Of a stretch of DNA of 64,000 nt, positions 27,894 to 37,260 are shown one piece after another. The notes beneath the pieces were generated by a model. It saw only the letters and a program-made list of their open reading frames with translations, had not been told where the DNA came from and ran no database searches. Source of the stretch: Candidatus Woesearchaeota archaeon (GTDB lineage: Archaea > Nanobdellota > Nanobdellia > Woesearchaeales > GW2011-AR9); the NCBI GenBank assembly GCA_016185625.1, contig JACPND010000033.1, positions 1,496 through 65,495 of the forward strand, given 5' to 3'. Both the position numbers and the translations under genes were made by a program. Numbering within the stretch: the stretch's first letter is position 1; every line of letters starts with the position of its first letter.

Positions 27894-28571
27894 TCAGAGA
27901 GTGATCATGGGTTTTTTGTCGCCTACCACAAATAAGTATTGAGTCAGCGTTTCTACATCCTGATTATCTCTGGTATATACTGCGTTCTTGCCTTTGAGTT
28001 CTTTTATCACGCCAGTATCCCCGGCATGCTTTCCTCTCATCAGGAACACGGAGGACTCTTTTTCGAGCGGCAGCACTTTCTGGACGCTCAGCTCCGGCAG
28101 GGAAACCGCCAGTGTGTCTCCGACGGCCGCTTTTTTGTCAAAGAGGATATTTCTCCCATCGTGGAGATGCAGCTGCACTTTGCCGCCTTTGACGGCACTC
28201 TTGCCCACCACTTTGCAGAGCTTGAGGGTGCTTTCTTCAACTTCAATTTTCTTGAGGGTTAACCGGCCTTTTTTATCAAGAGAGAGACGATATGCTTCCT
28301 GTACGTCCGGAAGGCTCATCGTATCAAACAAACCTATAGGAAAATGCGGATCCAGCTGGCGTTTGCCGTCGATTAAGATTGATTTTGTCCGCAGCATTTT
28401 CTGCACTTCATTCATCGTGCTGGCGTGCTTCAATATATCTCTGAGAAGGTATCCCAGGGGGAGGCACAACTCCAGCGGATGCGTTCCTGGATTTGGCTTG
28501 GCTATGAAGATCTTCTGACGATCAATCATCCAGGTGCGGGGTGCGATGATGCGTTTCAAGTGATTTTTCAT
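27894..28571 (-). CDS. rps4e: ribosomal protein S4e
   Basis: MKNHLKRIIAPRTWMIDRQKIFIAKPNPGTHPLELCLPL typical eS4 N-terminus. Confidence 0.9.
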   Translation of the reverse strand: MKNHLKRIIAPRTWMIDRQKIFIAKPNPGTHPLELCLPLGYLLRDILKHASTMNEVQKMLRTKSILIDGKRQLDPHFPIGLFDTMSLPDVQEAYRLSLDKKGRLTLKKIEVEESTLKLCKVVGKSAVKGGKVQLHLHDGRNILFDKKAAVGDTLAVSLPELSVQKVLPLEKESSVFLMRGKHAGDTGVIKELKGKNAVYTRDNQDVETLTQYLFVVGDKKPMITL

Positions 28572-28963
28572 TTTTTCTCCAACTTAATTTCTTTCTTAGG
28601 CATTCCCAGGCGTTTTTTGTCACCTAATTCCATCTCAATAACCAGGAGATTGCTGGGCTGTAATGGAAAAGGAACTTTTGTTCCATCCTTCCGGATTGCT
28701 TCGATGCCTACAATAAACACCTTCTCACGTTTCAGATTCACGCGCTCGACTTTGCCTTCTTTCTTGCGGTGTTCTCCGCGCAGGATCCGAACCTTATCGC
28801 CCGTCCGCAGCTGGACACTTCTGGTTTTATGCTTCTGGCGCAGTTCCGTAGAGAGATGCGCATGCATTAATTTCTGTCGGAGATGCAGGGGAGCATTCGC
28901 CCGGTATTTACGCTGTTTGCGCGGCTGCTTGCTGCTGTTCCAGGAGGCGTTGAATTTGGTCAT
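28568..28963 (-). CDS. rpl24: ribosomal protein L24 (uL24)
   Basis: KOW motif GDKVRILRGEHRKKEGKVERV. Confidence 0.9.
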   Translation of the reverse strand: MTKFNASWNSSKQPRKQRKYRANAPLHLRQKLMHAHLSTELRQKHKTRSVQLRTGDKVRILRGEHRKKEGKVERVNLKREKVFIVGIEAIRKDGTKVPFPLQPSNLLVIEMELGDKKRLGMPKKEIKLEKK

Positions 28964-29361
28964 AAGGCAATGCTGGCTAATTTAGCGACGGCAGGCCAGC
29001 GTTCTGCCACTTCTTTAGCAATAGGCCCCTTGATGAAAGTCCCTTTAGGATTGCCTTTTTCGTCTTTAAGCACGACACAGGCATTATCTTCAAATTGCAC
29101 ACGCGTCCCATCCGGGCGGCGGAACTCTTTTCGCTGCCGTACGATGACCGCAGGCACCACGGTTTTTCTCATCTCTAATTTCCCTTTTTTCACGGCGCAC
29201 ATGACTAAGTCGCCGATGCTTGCCGACGGCACTCGGCCGCGGACAGTTTTATGCCCGACAACGCAAAAGATTTTGACGACCTTGGCGCCGCTGTTGTCAC
29301 AGGCATCGACTCTGGCCTCGTGCGGCAGTGCTCGGGTGAAACGGGCTTTAAGCGCTTTCAT
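28960..29361 (-). CDS. rpl14: ribosomal protein L14 (uL14)
   Basis: CDNSGAKVVKIFCVVGHK... Confidence 0.9.
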   Translation of the reverse strand: MKALKARFTRALPHEARVDACDNSGAKVVKIFCVVGHKTVRGRVPSASIGDLVMCAVKKGKLEMRKTVVPAVIVRQRKEFRRPDGTRVQFEDNACVVLKDEKGNPKGTFIKGPIAKEVAERWPAVAKLASIAL

Positions 29362-29744
29362 GGTTTTGTCTCCACTTTAACAATGACATGATGAATGGTC
29401 TTGCTTAATGGGCGGGTGCGTGCTGCGATTACGGTATCTCCGATGTTGGCGTTGATGCAACGAGGATTATGGACGCGCAGTCGCGAACGGCGTATTTCAT
29501 GCCGTTCATATTTTTGCACATAATGGGGCCTGAACCATTCAATCGTCGCCGAACGGTTGATGTCTTTCTTGACTACCTTTCCATTGAAGAGTTCTGTCTT
29601 TACGTTAATCTCCCCGTGAAACGGGCATTTCCTATCTGCACATTCTGTCTGGGGTGCAGGCATTCCCAACACGTCTGTTTTCATGTTCTGCTTTGTTTTC
29701 ATCTTTTCAGGTTTTATCTTCCGGTCTTTTAGTAATCTTGACAC
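29358..29744 (-). CDS. rps17: ribosomal protein S17 (uS17)
   Basis: CADRKCPFHGEINVKTELFNGKVVKK OB-fold; real start probably an internal Met (overlap with Rpp29 otherwise). Confidence 0.85.
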   Translation of the reverse strand: MSRLLKDRKIKPEKMKTKQNMKTDVLGMPAPQTECADRKCPFHGEINVKTELFNGKVVKKDINRSATIEWFRPHYVQKYERHEIRRSRLRVHNPRCINANIGDTVIAARTRPLSKTIHHVIVKVETKP

Positions 29745-29949
29745 CAGATAGTATCTGGCTTCCTACGCGAAAGGTGATCGCGTTCTTGAGCAGCGTCCGG
29801 ATTTTTTGATCCGCGCCACGGACTTTAAGCGTGAACTTAGTCTCATCGAGCACCATGTTTTTTCCCGTTTGTATGTTGGGATTAGTTGAGGAGATGATTT
29901 CAATCTCCTTACCGATGAGCATCTTGGCCCTATTTACCACCAGGATCAA
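29707..29949 (-). CDS. rnp1: RNase P protein subunit Rpp29 (Pop4)
   Basis: KMLIGKEIEIISSTNPNIQTGKNMVLDETKFTLKV Sm-like Rpp29 core; canonical position between L29/SUI1 and S17. Confidence 0.7.
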   Translation of the reverse strand: MILVVNRAKMLIGKEIEIISSTNPNIQTGKNMVLDETKFTLKVRGADQKIRTLLKNAITFRVGSQILSGVKITKRPEDKT

Positions 29950-30260
29950 CCCGATCCCGATGCAATTTCTATCGTCTCTTCAGGGAAGCCGAGTTCCACC
30001 AGTGCCAGCTTCATGCGAACTTTATGGTCGCCCTGCAATTCGATTTGCCCGGTTTTTGCCGTTCCGCCGCAGGCAAACTTTGATTTGAGCTTGCGGAAAA
30101 TCTCATCGAGATTGGCTTCCTTTTCGATGCCCGTGACCATAGTATAGACTTTCCCGAATTTTTTCTTTTCCAGGCGAACGGTTATTTTTTGCTGTTCGCG
30201 CGCAATGACCTCGCAGACGCAGAGGTCCTGGGGCAGGCCACATTGATTACATACTGCCAT
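29946..30260 (-). CDS. sui1: translation initiation factor SUI1 (aSUI1/eIF1)
   Basis: N-terminal Zn knuckle CNQCGLPQDLCVC plus SUI1 domain (RLEKKKFGKVYTMVTGI...QGDHKVRMK). Confidence 0.85.
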   Translation of the reverse strand: MAVCNQCGLPQDLCVCEVIAREQQKITVRLEKKKFGKVYTMVTGIEKEANLDEIFRKLKSKFACGGTAKTGQIELQGDHKVRMKLALVELGFPEETIEIASGSG

Positions 30261-30263
30261 GGC

Positions 30264-30485
30264 TTATTTTGGGTTAGCCTCCTTTTCCCGCTGCACCATA
30301 TTGATGCGGGCGATATTTTTCTTGAGCTGCTTCAGCTTTCCTGGGCTGGCGGGATTGGCGCCCGTCGCCACCTGGACATTGAGTTTCAGGAGTTCTTTTT
30401 TAAACTCTTGCTTTCTCATGGTGAGTTCAGCGCCCGTCAGTGATCGGAATTCTTTAGCTTGTTTCATCTTTGGCCTCTTCGGCAA
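30264..30485 (-). CDS. rpl29: ribosomal protein L29 (uL29)
   Basis: LTGAELTMRKQEFKKELLKLNVQVATG. Confidence 0.85.
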   Translation of the reverse strand: MPKRPKMKQAKEFRSLTGAELTMRKQEFKKELLKLNVQVATGANPASPGKLKQLKKNIARINMVQREKEANPK

Positions 30486-31299
30486 CTGGTTCTGCGGCTG
30501 CTTCTGCCGCTTCTTCTTTACTTTCTGTTGCGGGCGCTATTTCTGTCATAGTTTCTTTTATAGTTTCTGTTACAGTCCCCTTAATTTTTTCCTTTTTCTC
30601 TTCCCTCGCTTCTTTTGCTTTCTTTGGCCTCTTCGCGATGGTCTTTTTCTTTAGCTTTTCCTCTGTTTTTTCTGCTTTTATCTCTTCAACTTTTTCGTCG
30701 AGAGCTTCCTTGATGTTGATGCGGTCTGGTAATTCCACATCGGGCGGCATGATGGCTACTTTGATGCCGATAATGCCTGATTTCAATAGCGCCGCAGCTT
30801 GGGCCCGCTTGACCCCTTCAATAGACACGTCTCCGCATTTTTTCAGATATCCATTATAAAAACGCCAGCTCTTGGCACGCGCACCAGGAATTTTCCCAGA
30901 GAGGATGATCTCTACACCCAGCGCACCGGATTTCATCACGTTTTCCATCATCTTATGGCCCACGCCCTTGAAACGAGCCGAGCCAAATTTCTCCAGCGAA
31001 CTGGCAATCCGTTCCGCCACAATCTTTGGATCAAGGAAAATATCTTTCACTTCTTCAATCTCTATCTGAGGATTCTCCAACTGGAATTCTTTCTTCAGGG
31101 TTCTGGTCAATTCCTTGATGTTTGATCCTTTGGAACCGACAATCAAGCTGGGCTTGGCTGTTTGGATGATGATTTTTTCTCCTAACGGGATTTTTTTGAG
31201 ACGGATATGAGAGACGCCGACATTACTTAGTTTTTGCTCGATGTACCTTTTGATGTAATATTCCTTTGTTTTCTGAACAATAAATCCGCGTTCAATCAT
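30454..31299 (-). CDS. rps3: ribosomal protein S3 (uS3) with ~75-aa K/E/A-rich C-terminal tail
   Basis: KH domain (IIIQTAKPSLIVGSKGSNIKEL) plus uS3 C-terminal domain; tail EKTEEKLKKKTIAKRPKKAKEAREEKKEK... Confidence 0.9.
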   Translation of the reverse strand: MIERGFIVQKTKEYYIKRYIEQKLSNVGVSHIRLKKIPLGEKIIIQTAKPSLIVGSKGSNIKELTRTLKKEFQLENPQIEIEEVKDIFLDPKIVAERIASSLEKFGSARFKGVGHKMMENVMKSGALGVEIILSGKIPGARAKSWRFYNGYLKKCGDVSIEGVKRAQAAALLKSGIIGIKVAIMPPDVELPDRINIKEALDEKVEEIKAEKTEEKLKKKTIAKRPKKAKEAREEKKEKIKGTVTETIKETMTEIAPATESKEEAAEAAAEPVAEEAKDETS

Positions 31300-31838
31300 T
31301 TCTGTTCACCTTTCTGCTCGCCGATCGGTCTCTCCGTCTTTTCCTTCTTTTCTGCTTTTTGCTTTTCTCGGCTTTTCTTTTGGGCCTCTTGTTTTCTTTC
31401 CTGTACTTCTATCTCTAGATGAGTATGCTTGTGCGCGACCTGATGTCGTCCGCCCGTACGGGGAATGTTGGCTTTATTTGCTAATACTTTAGTGATCTTG
31501 AGACTGGCTACATTCATGCCTTTGAACTGGGCGTTGGCTTCGACGGAGCCAATCAATTTGAGGAACTGCTGTACGGCTTTCTGAGGGTAACTTCCGGCGG
31601 CCATGCCCGGCTTATGGCCCAAGTCCATGATAGCGCGTCGGAAGGGAACGGCTCGCGTAAATTCTGCCACTTCCTGCAGCATTTTTTTGGCCTGTTCGGT
31701 GCTTTTATAGCGCACAAAATTGCTGATTTCCACGCTTTGCTTCGTCGAGATAGGAAGATTCTTGATGCTCGCGCGGGCAATGACTGGTTCTGTAGCCGCG
31801 GTGGTTGTTTTCGTAGACTGATCCATTTTCGTTGCCAT
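31296..31838 (-). CDS. rpl22: ribosomal protein L22 (uL22) with K/E-rich tail
   Basis: uL22 core; tail ERKQEAQKKSREKQKAEKKEKTER. Confidence 0.9.
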   Translation of the reverse strand: MATKMDQSTKTTTAATEPVIARASIKNLPISTKQSVEISNFVRYKSTEQAKKMLQEVAEFTRAVPFRRAIMDLGHKPGMAAGSYPQKAVQQFLKLIGSVEANAQFKGMNVASLKITKVLANKANIPRTGGRHQVAHKHTHLEIEVQERKQEAQKKSREKQKAEKKEKTERPIGEQKGEQK

Positions 31839-31840
31839 GT

Positions 31841-32221
31841 TTATCGTGCTGAGACTGCTTTGCTTGAGCGTGTCGCACCGATACCAGCTGCGCTATGGCT
31901 GACTGATTTTCTGGTTTGGGCGAATTCGCCCAGGCGATGACCCAGCATTTCTGAGGTGATGATGACCGGAACAAATTCTCTTCCAGCATGAACCTTGATG
32001 GTCTTATCGAGCAATTGCGGCACAATCACCATATCCCGGCAGTGGGTTTCGATGTTGACCTGATTTTTCTGCACGTTCCGCAGCAGTATTTTTTCCTGTT
32101 CGGTGAAGCCTTTCTTCAGCGCCCGGCGTGATCGGGAGGGAATCCATCTCATGAACTCCTTGAGGTCTAATTTTCGTACGTCCTCTTCCGTCAGTCCGTG
32201 CCAGCGTAATTCTTTTGCCAT
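31841..32221 (-). CDS. rps19: ribosomal protein S19 (uS19)
   Basis: HAGREFVPVIITSEMLGHRLGEFAQTRK. Confidence 0.9.
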   Translation of the reverse strand: MAKELRWHGLTEEDVRKLDLKEFMRWIPSRSRRALKKGFTEQEKILLRNVQKNQVNIETHCRDMVIVPQLLDKTIKVHAGREFVPVIITSEMLGHRLGEFAQTRKSVSHSAAGIGATRSSKAVSAR

Positions 32222-32241
32222 GGTGTTGCCAATAACCTCAC

Positions 32242-32946
32242 TTACATCTTCCTGCGCCCCGTCCTGCGGGGAGCGATTTTACCGACTTTTCGTCCGGGAG
32301 GTGCATCCCGCGGCGATTGCGTGGGACGCCCTTTGACCTTTGATGATTTTCCGCCAAATGGATGGTTGACTGCGTTCATGGAAATACCGCACACATGAGG
32401 ATAAAATTTATTGCGTGCGGCCATTTTCCAGTGCCGTGTTCCGGCTTTAAGGAAGGGTTTTTCAGTTCTGCCTGAACCAGCCACCGTGCCTATTGCCGCG
32501 CGGCATTCCGGCAGGAATACTTTTTCTTTTTTGGAGGGAAGTATGATGGTGATGCCTTGTTCTGTTTTCGCGACGATACGGGCTGCCGTTCCTGACGAGC
32601 GCACTAATTTTCCGCCGTCACCGGGATGAAGCTCGATATTATACACCAAGGTTCCTTCGGGAATGGCTTTCAGCGGGAGCACATTTCCTTCCCGGATTTC
32701 GGCATTCTCGCCCAATTCCAGGGCTTGCCCGATCTGGATATTTTGGGGGGCAATCGCTAAATTGATGGTTCTATCTGGATATTCTACTTCTAGCAGTGGA
32801 GCACTATGGCCGGCACAATGTACGATATCAACAACTTTTCCCGTAGGCTGAGAGGGATGTTGGGCCGATCCTTGAAAGCCATGGCTTCGGCTGCGAAAAG
32901 TCGGGCTTCCCCGTCCTCGTCGTTGTTGGATTAAGTTTTTACCCAT
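32242..32946 (-). CDS. rpl2: ribosomal protein L2 (uL2)
   Basis: GAGRTEKPFLKAGTRHWKMAARNKFYPHVCGISMNAVNHPFGGK hallmark. Confidence 0.95.
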   Translation of the reverse strand: MGKNLIQQRRGRGSPTFRSRSHGFQGSAQHPSQPTGKVVDIVHCAGHSAPLLEVEYPDRTINLAIAPQNIQIGQALELGENAEIREGNVLPLKAIPEGTLVYNIELHPGDGGKLVRSSGTAARIVAKTEQGITIILPSKKEKVFLPECRAAIGTVAGSGRTEKPFLKAGTRHWKMAARNKFYPHVCGISMNAVNHPFGGKSSKVKGRPTQSPRDAPPGRKVGKIAPRRTGRRKM

Positions 32947-33029
32947 GTAAACCGTACCGCTTTACCATGCCTGTGGTGCGGCGTTCGCTTCGCTTAGCCC
33001 CACTCGTTAGGTATAGCTTTTCCTCCATT

Positions 33030-33308
33030 TTAGATCAGCCCTAAATCTGCACTGACATCGCTGGCCAGATGCTCCGGCCGCAATTTGACATACGCTTTTT
33101 TGATGCCACGCATGGAATTATGCACATTGACCGCCGCTACCCGCACTTTAAAGAGCTCTTCGATCGCTCGTTTCACGTCTGATTTTGTCGCGTCGGAAGA
33201 TACGGCGAACACCAGTTTGTTTTCAAACTCGATCTGCCGGATGCTCTTTTCGCTGGAGAGGGGGCTTTTGATGATTTTATACGGATCAAATGTTTTTATG
33301 GTTTCCAT
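33030..33308 (-). CDS. rpl23: ribosomal protein L23 (uL23)
   Basis: IIKSPLSSEKSIRQIEFENKLVFAVSSDATKSDVKRAIEELF. Confidence 0.9.
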   Translation of the reverse strand: METIKTFDPYKIIKSPLSSEKSIRQIEFENKLVFAVSSDATKSDVKRAIEELFKVRVAAVNVHNSMRGIKKAYVKLRPEHLASDVSADLGLI

Positions 33309-33309
33309 G

Positions 33310-34116
33310 TCAGTTAAATAATTTTTGTTTTTGCAATGTTTCCACGGCGCTTTCTGTCCACAAGGTGGCTCGTCCCGGCATTGCGCCCGGCGCGAGCAAT
33401 TCGGCGTTTAACGATTGGACCTGTACAATATCCACGCCAGCGATGTTTCGTACTGAGCTGAGCAAAGGACATTTTCCGCCGACGACAATCAGCAGGCTTT
33501 TTTTCTTATGATAACGCCGGCCGCGCCATTTTCCTTTTCCCGCGCGAACTTTTTTCACTTCTCCCCGCTGCAGTTCCTGTTCAAATCCCAGCGTGAGCAA
33601 GGCTTTGGCCACATCTTTGGTTTTGTTCAACTGCTCGAAACTTGTGGGTAGGAGGAAAGGATATTCCATCGGGATTTTGTGGCCGCGCTGGGTAACGATA
33701 GTTTTATTGACAGTTGCCGCGATGGCGGAGCGAATAGCTTTTTGCCTCTCTTTATCGTTGATTTTTTGTTCCCAGATTTTTATCGCTTTCGGCGGATGCG
33801 CTCGTCGTCCGCCAACTGTCTGCGGCGAAAATGCGCCAATCCAATTCATTCTCGTTCCGCGGTGGGAATGCACTTTCCGCGCTACTCTGCTGATACCAAA
33901 ACCATAACTGGTCTTATAATCACGCCGCCGCTTGCTTACGTTAACGGAATGGCGTAATCCGGCCATGGGCGAAGCGCCATACCGCTGACGAGCAGCACTT
34001 TGAATCGCCAATACCGCCCGCTTAATGAGATCGGGACGATACGCTTCGCTAAATTGCGCAGGAAGCTCGCGTTCTCCGGCTTTCTTTCTGGTTGCATCGA
34101 CAATAGGTAGTTTCAT
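33310..34116 (-). CDS. rpl4: ribosomal protein L4 (uL4)
   Basis: uL4/L1e family length and conserved blocks. Confidence 0.9.
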   Translation of the reverse strand: MKLPIVDATRKKAGERELPAQFSEAYRPDLIKRAVLAIQSAARQRYGASPMAGLRHSVNVSKRRRDYKTSYGFGISRVARKVHSHRGTRMNWIGAFSPQTVGGRRAHPPKAIKIWEQKINDKERQKAIRSAIAATVNKTIVTQRGHKIPMEYPFLLPTSFEQLNKTKDVAKALLTLGFEQELQRGEVKKVRAGKGKWRGRRYHKKKSLLIVVGGKCPLLSSVRNIAGVDIVQVQSLNAELLAPGAMPGRATLWTESAVETLQKQKLFN

Positions 34117-35072
34117 GATTGTGAAATATATTGTATTTCCGGCATTTCCTTGGGAATGAATTGATCCGGCCGCATGGGCTGAGTGAGTACGAGCGCTCGT
34201 TTTTGTGGACCGACGATGGAGCCTTTTACTAATACATAAGGATTCTTGATTTGGCCGTAATGTGTGTTGCCGCCGGTTTTATTGACTTCCGCTGGATTTT
34301 TGCTGATTTTCAGGATTTGTTTGTTATATTCCGTACGGAAGTGATACCCCATTTTCCCGCCTTGCGGAACTGTGAACAGAATTCTATTTGGGTGCCAAGA
34401 TCCTAATGTGGCGATGCCCCGCTTGGTTTTTTCTGCTTTATGCTGTCGCAGATGAGCGCCAAAGCGCTTGACCGTTCCCTGATAGCCTTTTCCCCTGGTC
34501 ACTCCTTTCACGTCGACCAGATTATACCCCTGAAGCACTTCTTCCACCTGTAATTCTTTGCCCACCATCTCCTGTGCATATCGGAGTTTCTCGTCTTTAT
34601 TTCCGCCTAAGGCGATTTCGATGAGTTTTGGTTTTTTCGTGCCGACAGAGGTCAATTTCGGCTGTGACTGCACCAACAGGCGCAGATCATCAAATTGTGC
34701 AGGAATCTGGCCGTGGTTTTTGATGGGAAGAGGAAATTTTCGGGATAATTCTTTTTCCGGCTTTTCGGTCAAAAGCGTTCCGCATTTTTGGATGCCCCAC
34801 AGATCCTGTTTGTAGAAAGCTATTCCCGCCACTTTCATGGGCGGACATTCGATGATTGTGACGGGCAGTGCAACGGTCTCATTTTTGGTCATGGACTTGC
34901 CATAATTATCGACGGCCATGACGTGCGTCATGCCCGCTTTAAAGCCGATAAAGGCTAAGGGCTTGACTTTGGAATTGGCTGGCCAGGAGCGGACGCGGAC
35001 TAAAGAATGCCGAGAGCGCTTTCTAGGCCAGAACTGCATGCTTCCTAATCGTGGATGATGTATCCTTCCCAT
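34113..35072 (-). CDS. rpl3: ribosomal protein L3 (uL3)
   Basis: FKAGMTHVMAVDNYGKSMTKNETVALPVTIIECPPMKVAGI, first gene of cluster. Confidence 0.95.
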   Translation of the reverse strand: MGRIHHPRLGSMQFWPRKRSRHSLVRVRSWPANSKVKPLAFIGFKAGMTHVMAVDNYGKSMTKNETVALPVTIIECPPMKVAGIAFYKQDLWGIQKCGTLLTEKPEKELSRKFPLPIKNHGQIPAQFDDLRLLVQSQPKLTSVGTKKPKLIEIALGGNKDEKLRYAQEMVGKELQVEEVLQGYNLVDVKGVTRGKGYQGTVKRFGAHLRQHKAEKTKRGIATLGSWHPNRILFTVPQGGKMGYHFRTEYNKQILKISKNPAEVNKTGGNTHYGQIKNPYVLVKGSIVGPQKRALVLTQPMRPDQFIPKEMPEIQYISQS

Positions 35073-35130
35073 TGCTGATATTTATTACTTATTATTCTAT
35101 ATTACTTATTATTGTCCTGCGTAACGGCCT
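35073..35130 (-). promoter_or_regulatory. candidate archaeal TATA/BRE promoter of the ribosomal supercluster
   Basis: A/T-rich TAATAAATAT-type box ~20-30 nt upstream of the rpl3 start on the minus strand; largest intergenic gap (250 bp) upstream of the cluster. Confidence 0.3.
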
Positions 35131-35323
35131 TTTCCTAGCACCCATCAAAGAAATGATTCCGTGATGCTTGCTTTTTCAGGCTATTCGACCAGATTATTTA
35201 GCGGATAAGGCCAGTGTAATCAGGGTCTAGGACGATTTTTGATTTGGAACGAAGGTTGTTTATAAAGGTATCTGTTGTGTTTTTTAAAGACGTTATATCT
35301 CAATATTCGGATCTTACATAATT

Positions 35324-36745
35324 TCAAAACGGCTTTTTCCCACCGACACAAAACGTACACAGATTTTCAGGAGACAGACCAGCTTTTCTAAACGCTTCCA
35401 TCTCCCCCCTCGGCGAGAGGTAGAGCATCGTCAATCCTACTTCTCTGCTGATCTCATCCTGAGTTCTATTTCTCCCCCCAACTCGGGCAATAAAGTTGTC
35501 TTCCGTCGGCATGTCCACACCATACCTGCATCCTCTCGGCTCGCCGTCAGCACCGATAATTCCCAGCAGGGGCGTATAATTCAGAATTCGTGCTTCTTTT
35601 ACCTGGGCAACATCACAAAGTAAATGGCGAACTCTTCGAGCGACGTTTCCCCGCACCGTGCTGTCTTCAATCGCCAGCAGGACTTTTCCCCGTATCCGCT
35701 CCAGCACGTGGGGGAAGAGGTGTAAATTATTGCCAATGGAGTTCTCACGTTCTGTTTCCGTCGAGCCAAGAAAAGAGCGTTCGGTATTTTTTTTATAAAA
35801 CACTGGAAGAAAAGGCAGGCCCAACTCACCGGCGTACGTCAGCGCTGCATCTTCCGGGCAATACGGAACATAGGTAACGTAATCAACATTCTGAAAAGGA
35901 AATTCCTCGGCGCATTGTCTTCCTAAAGATTGACGTACGGTCCGTACACTGACACCATTCATAATGGAATCTGCATCAGCAAAATAATTATATTGAAAAT
36001 GACAAAATGCCGGCTGAGGATTAATTACTTTTTCTTTACGGAAATTTCCCTGCTGGTCAAAATAGTAGATCGAACCGGGAGTTAAATCCTCCACCATTTT
36101 CGCGCCATTCTTCCGCAGGGCAATATCCTCAGAGGCAGCCAGATACTTCCCTCCTTTTTTCCCCAAGACCCCAGGCATAATCCCCGTCCGGTCGCGAAAA
36201 ACCATCACTTCTTTCCGCCGTTTGTCAGCAATCGCAGCAGTATAGGCTCCTGGGATAGTCTGTACAATTTCCCGCTCATTACCGGCAAGATATTTCTGCA
36301 GAAGTGCTTCGGTATCGCAGGCCGTCTTTAAGAGACTTTTATCAACAGCGACAAGATATTCCTCATTTACTTGCCCGTTGTGGACGATAGCTGCCAGACA
36401 GTCCTGCACAAAGACGTGATCCCCACGATCGATAACCGTGCCGCCGATGGTGTGAGGATGTGCATCTTCCAGGATTTTGTCTTTTCTTCCCCGCGTCGCA
36501 TAGCGGACATGGCCAAGAAAGGTGCGGTAATTGGTATCAGGAAAAATACGATGCAGATCTTCCAGGGTAAAATCGAACTGATTTACTTTTCCTACCCACT
36601 TTAAGACGTCGATGCGCTGATCACTAACGGCAGCGATGCCGGCGGCTTCTCTTCCCCGATGCTGAAGCGATTGTAACGACGAATAGAGGTCATGTAATGT
36701 GTGCGTCACGGCTAAACCGCAATGGTCTTCAATCACTTCTGACAT
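35324..36745 (-). CDS. purF: amidophosphoribosyltransferase (PurF)-family class-II glutamine amidotransferase
   Basis: Ntn Cys after short propeptide (MSEVIEDH-CGLAV), HRGREAAGIA, PRTase motif LAIEDSTVRGNV, C-terminal Cys pair. Confidence 0.7.
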   Translation of the reverse strand: MSEVIEDHCGLAVTHTLHDLYSSLQSLQHRGREAAGIAAVSDQRIDVLKWVGKVNQFDFTLEDLHRIFPDTNYRTFLGHVRYATRGRKDKILEDAHPHTIGGTVIDRGDHVFVQDCLAAIVHNGQVNEEYLVAVDKSLLKTACDTEALLQKYLAGNEREIVQTIPGAYTAAIADKRRKEVMVFRDRTGIMPGVLGKKGGKYLAASEDIALRKNGAKMVEDLTPGSIYYFDQQGNFRKEKVINPQPAFCHFQYNYFADADSIMNGVSVRTVRQSLGRQCAEEFPFQNVDYVTYVPYCPEDAALTYAGELGLPFLPVFYKKNTERSFLGSTETERENSIGNNLHLFPHVLERIRGKVLLAIEDSTVRGNVARRVRHLLCDVAQVKEARILNYTPLLGIIGADGEPRGCRYGVDMPTEDNFIARVGGRNRTQDEISREVGLTMLYLSPRGEMEAFRKAGLSPENLCTFCVGGKKPF

Positions 36746-36839
36746 GATAGTGAAGAAGAAGAAGAAGACAGAACTTTAAATGTATTATTGTTGGAGATTA
36801 TGGAGATTTGGCAATACTTTAGCAATATGAAGCACCACC

Positions 36840-37170
36840 ATCCTAAGATCGAGCTCTCTCAATAAATACCTCGAGCCGACAAGAGGGTTGTCTGTTGCTG
36901 ACAAGCAACTGTTACCGTTAGGTAACTCACGAACGCTAGTGACTTGACACGAACGGAGCATAGCGGAGTGACTAGACTCACGGAAAACGCACGAAGGGAT
37001 ATTCCGCCCGGAGGGATAGTTCACTGAGTGGGATAGTTTTCCCACTGGTGCGCCAAAGGGAAACCTATCCCTTCTTGCGTCAGCTCTCGACCTATACTTC
37101 GAAAGCGAGAAGAGGGTGGTGCTTCACTTCAGAAAGCCAAAGTATTACAAGATTCGTTTGAGAATTACTT
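36840..37170. repeat. mosaic copy of MITE family B long variant plus repeat-D block
   Basis: Contains GGGAAACCTATCCCTTCTTGCGTCAGC...GTGCTTCACTTCAGAAAGCC (as at 6880-7050), a reverse-complement of the 18515-18590 block, and GTAACTCACGAACG.TAGTGACTTG (rc of repeat D). Confidence 0.5.
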
Positions 37171-37260
37171 TTCCTGCACTTTCCTCCTTACTGATTCAAT
37201 TTGCGGCTTACGATTTCTTGAGAAAAGTATATAAATGATTGTTTCTTAACAAAAAATAGA

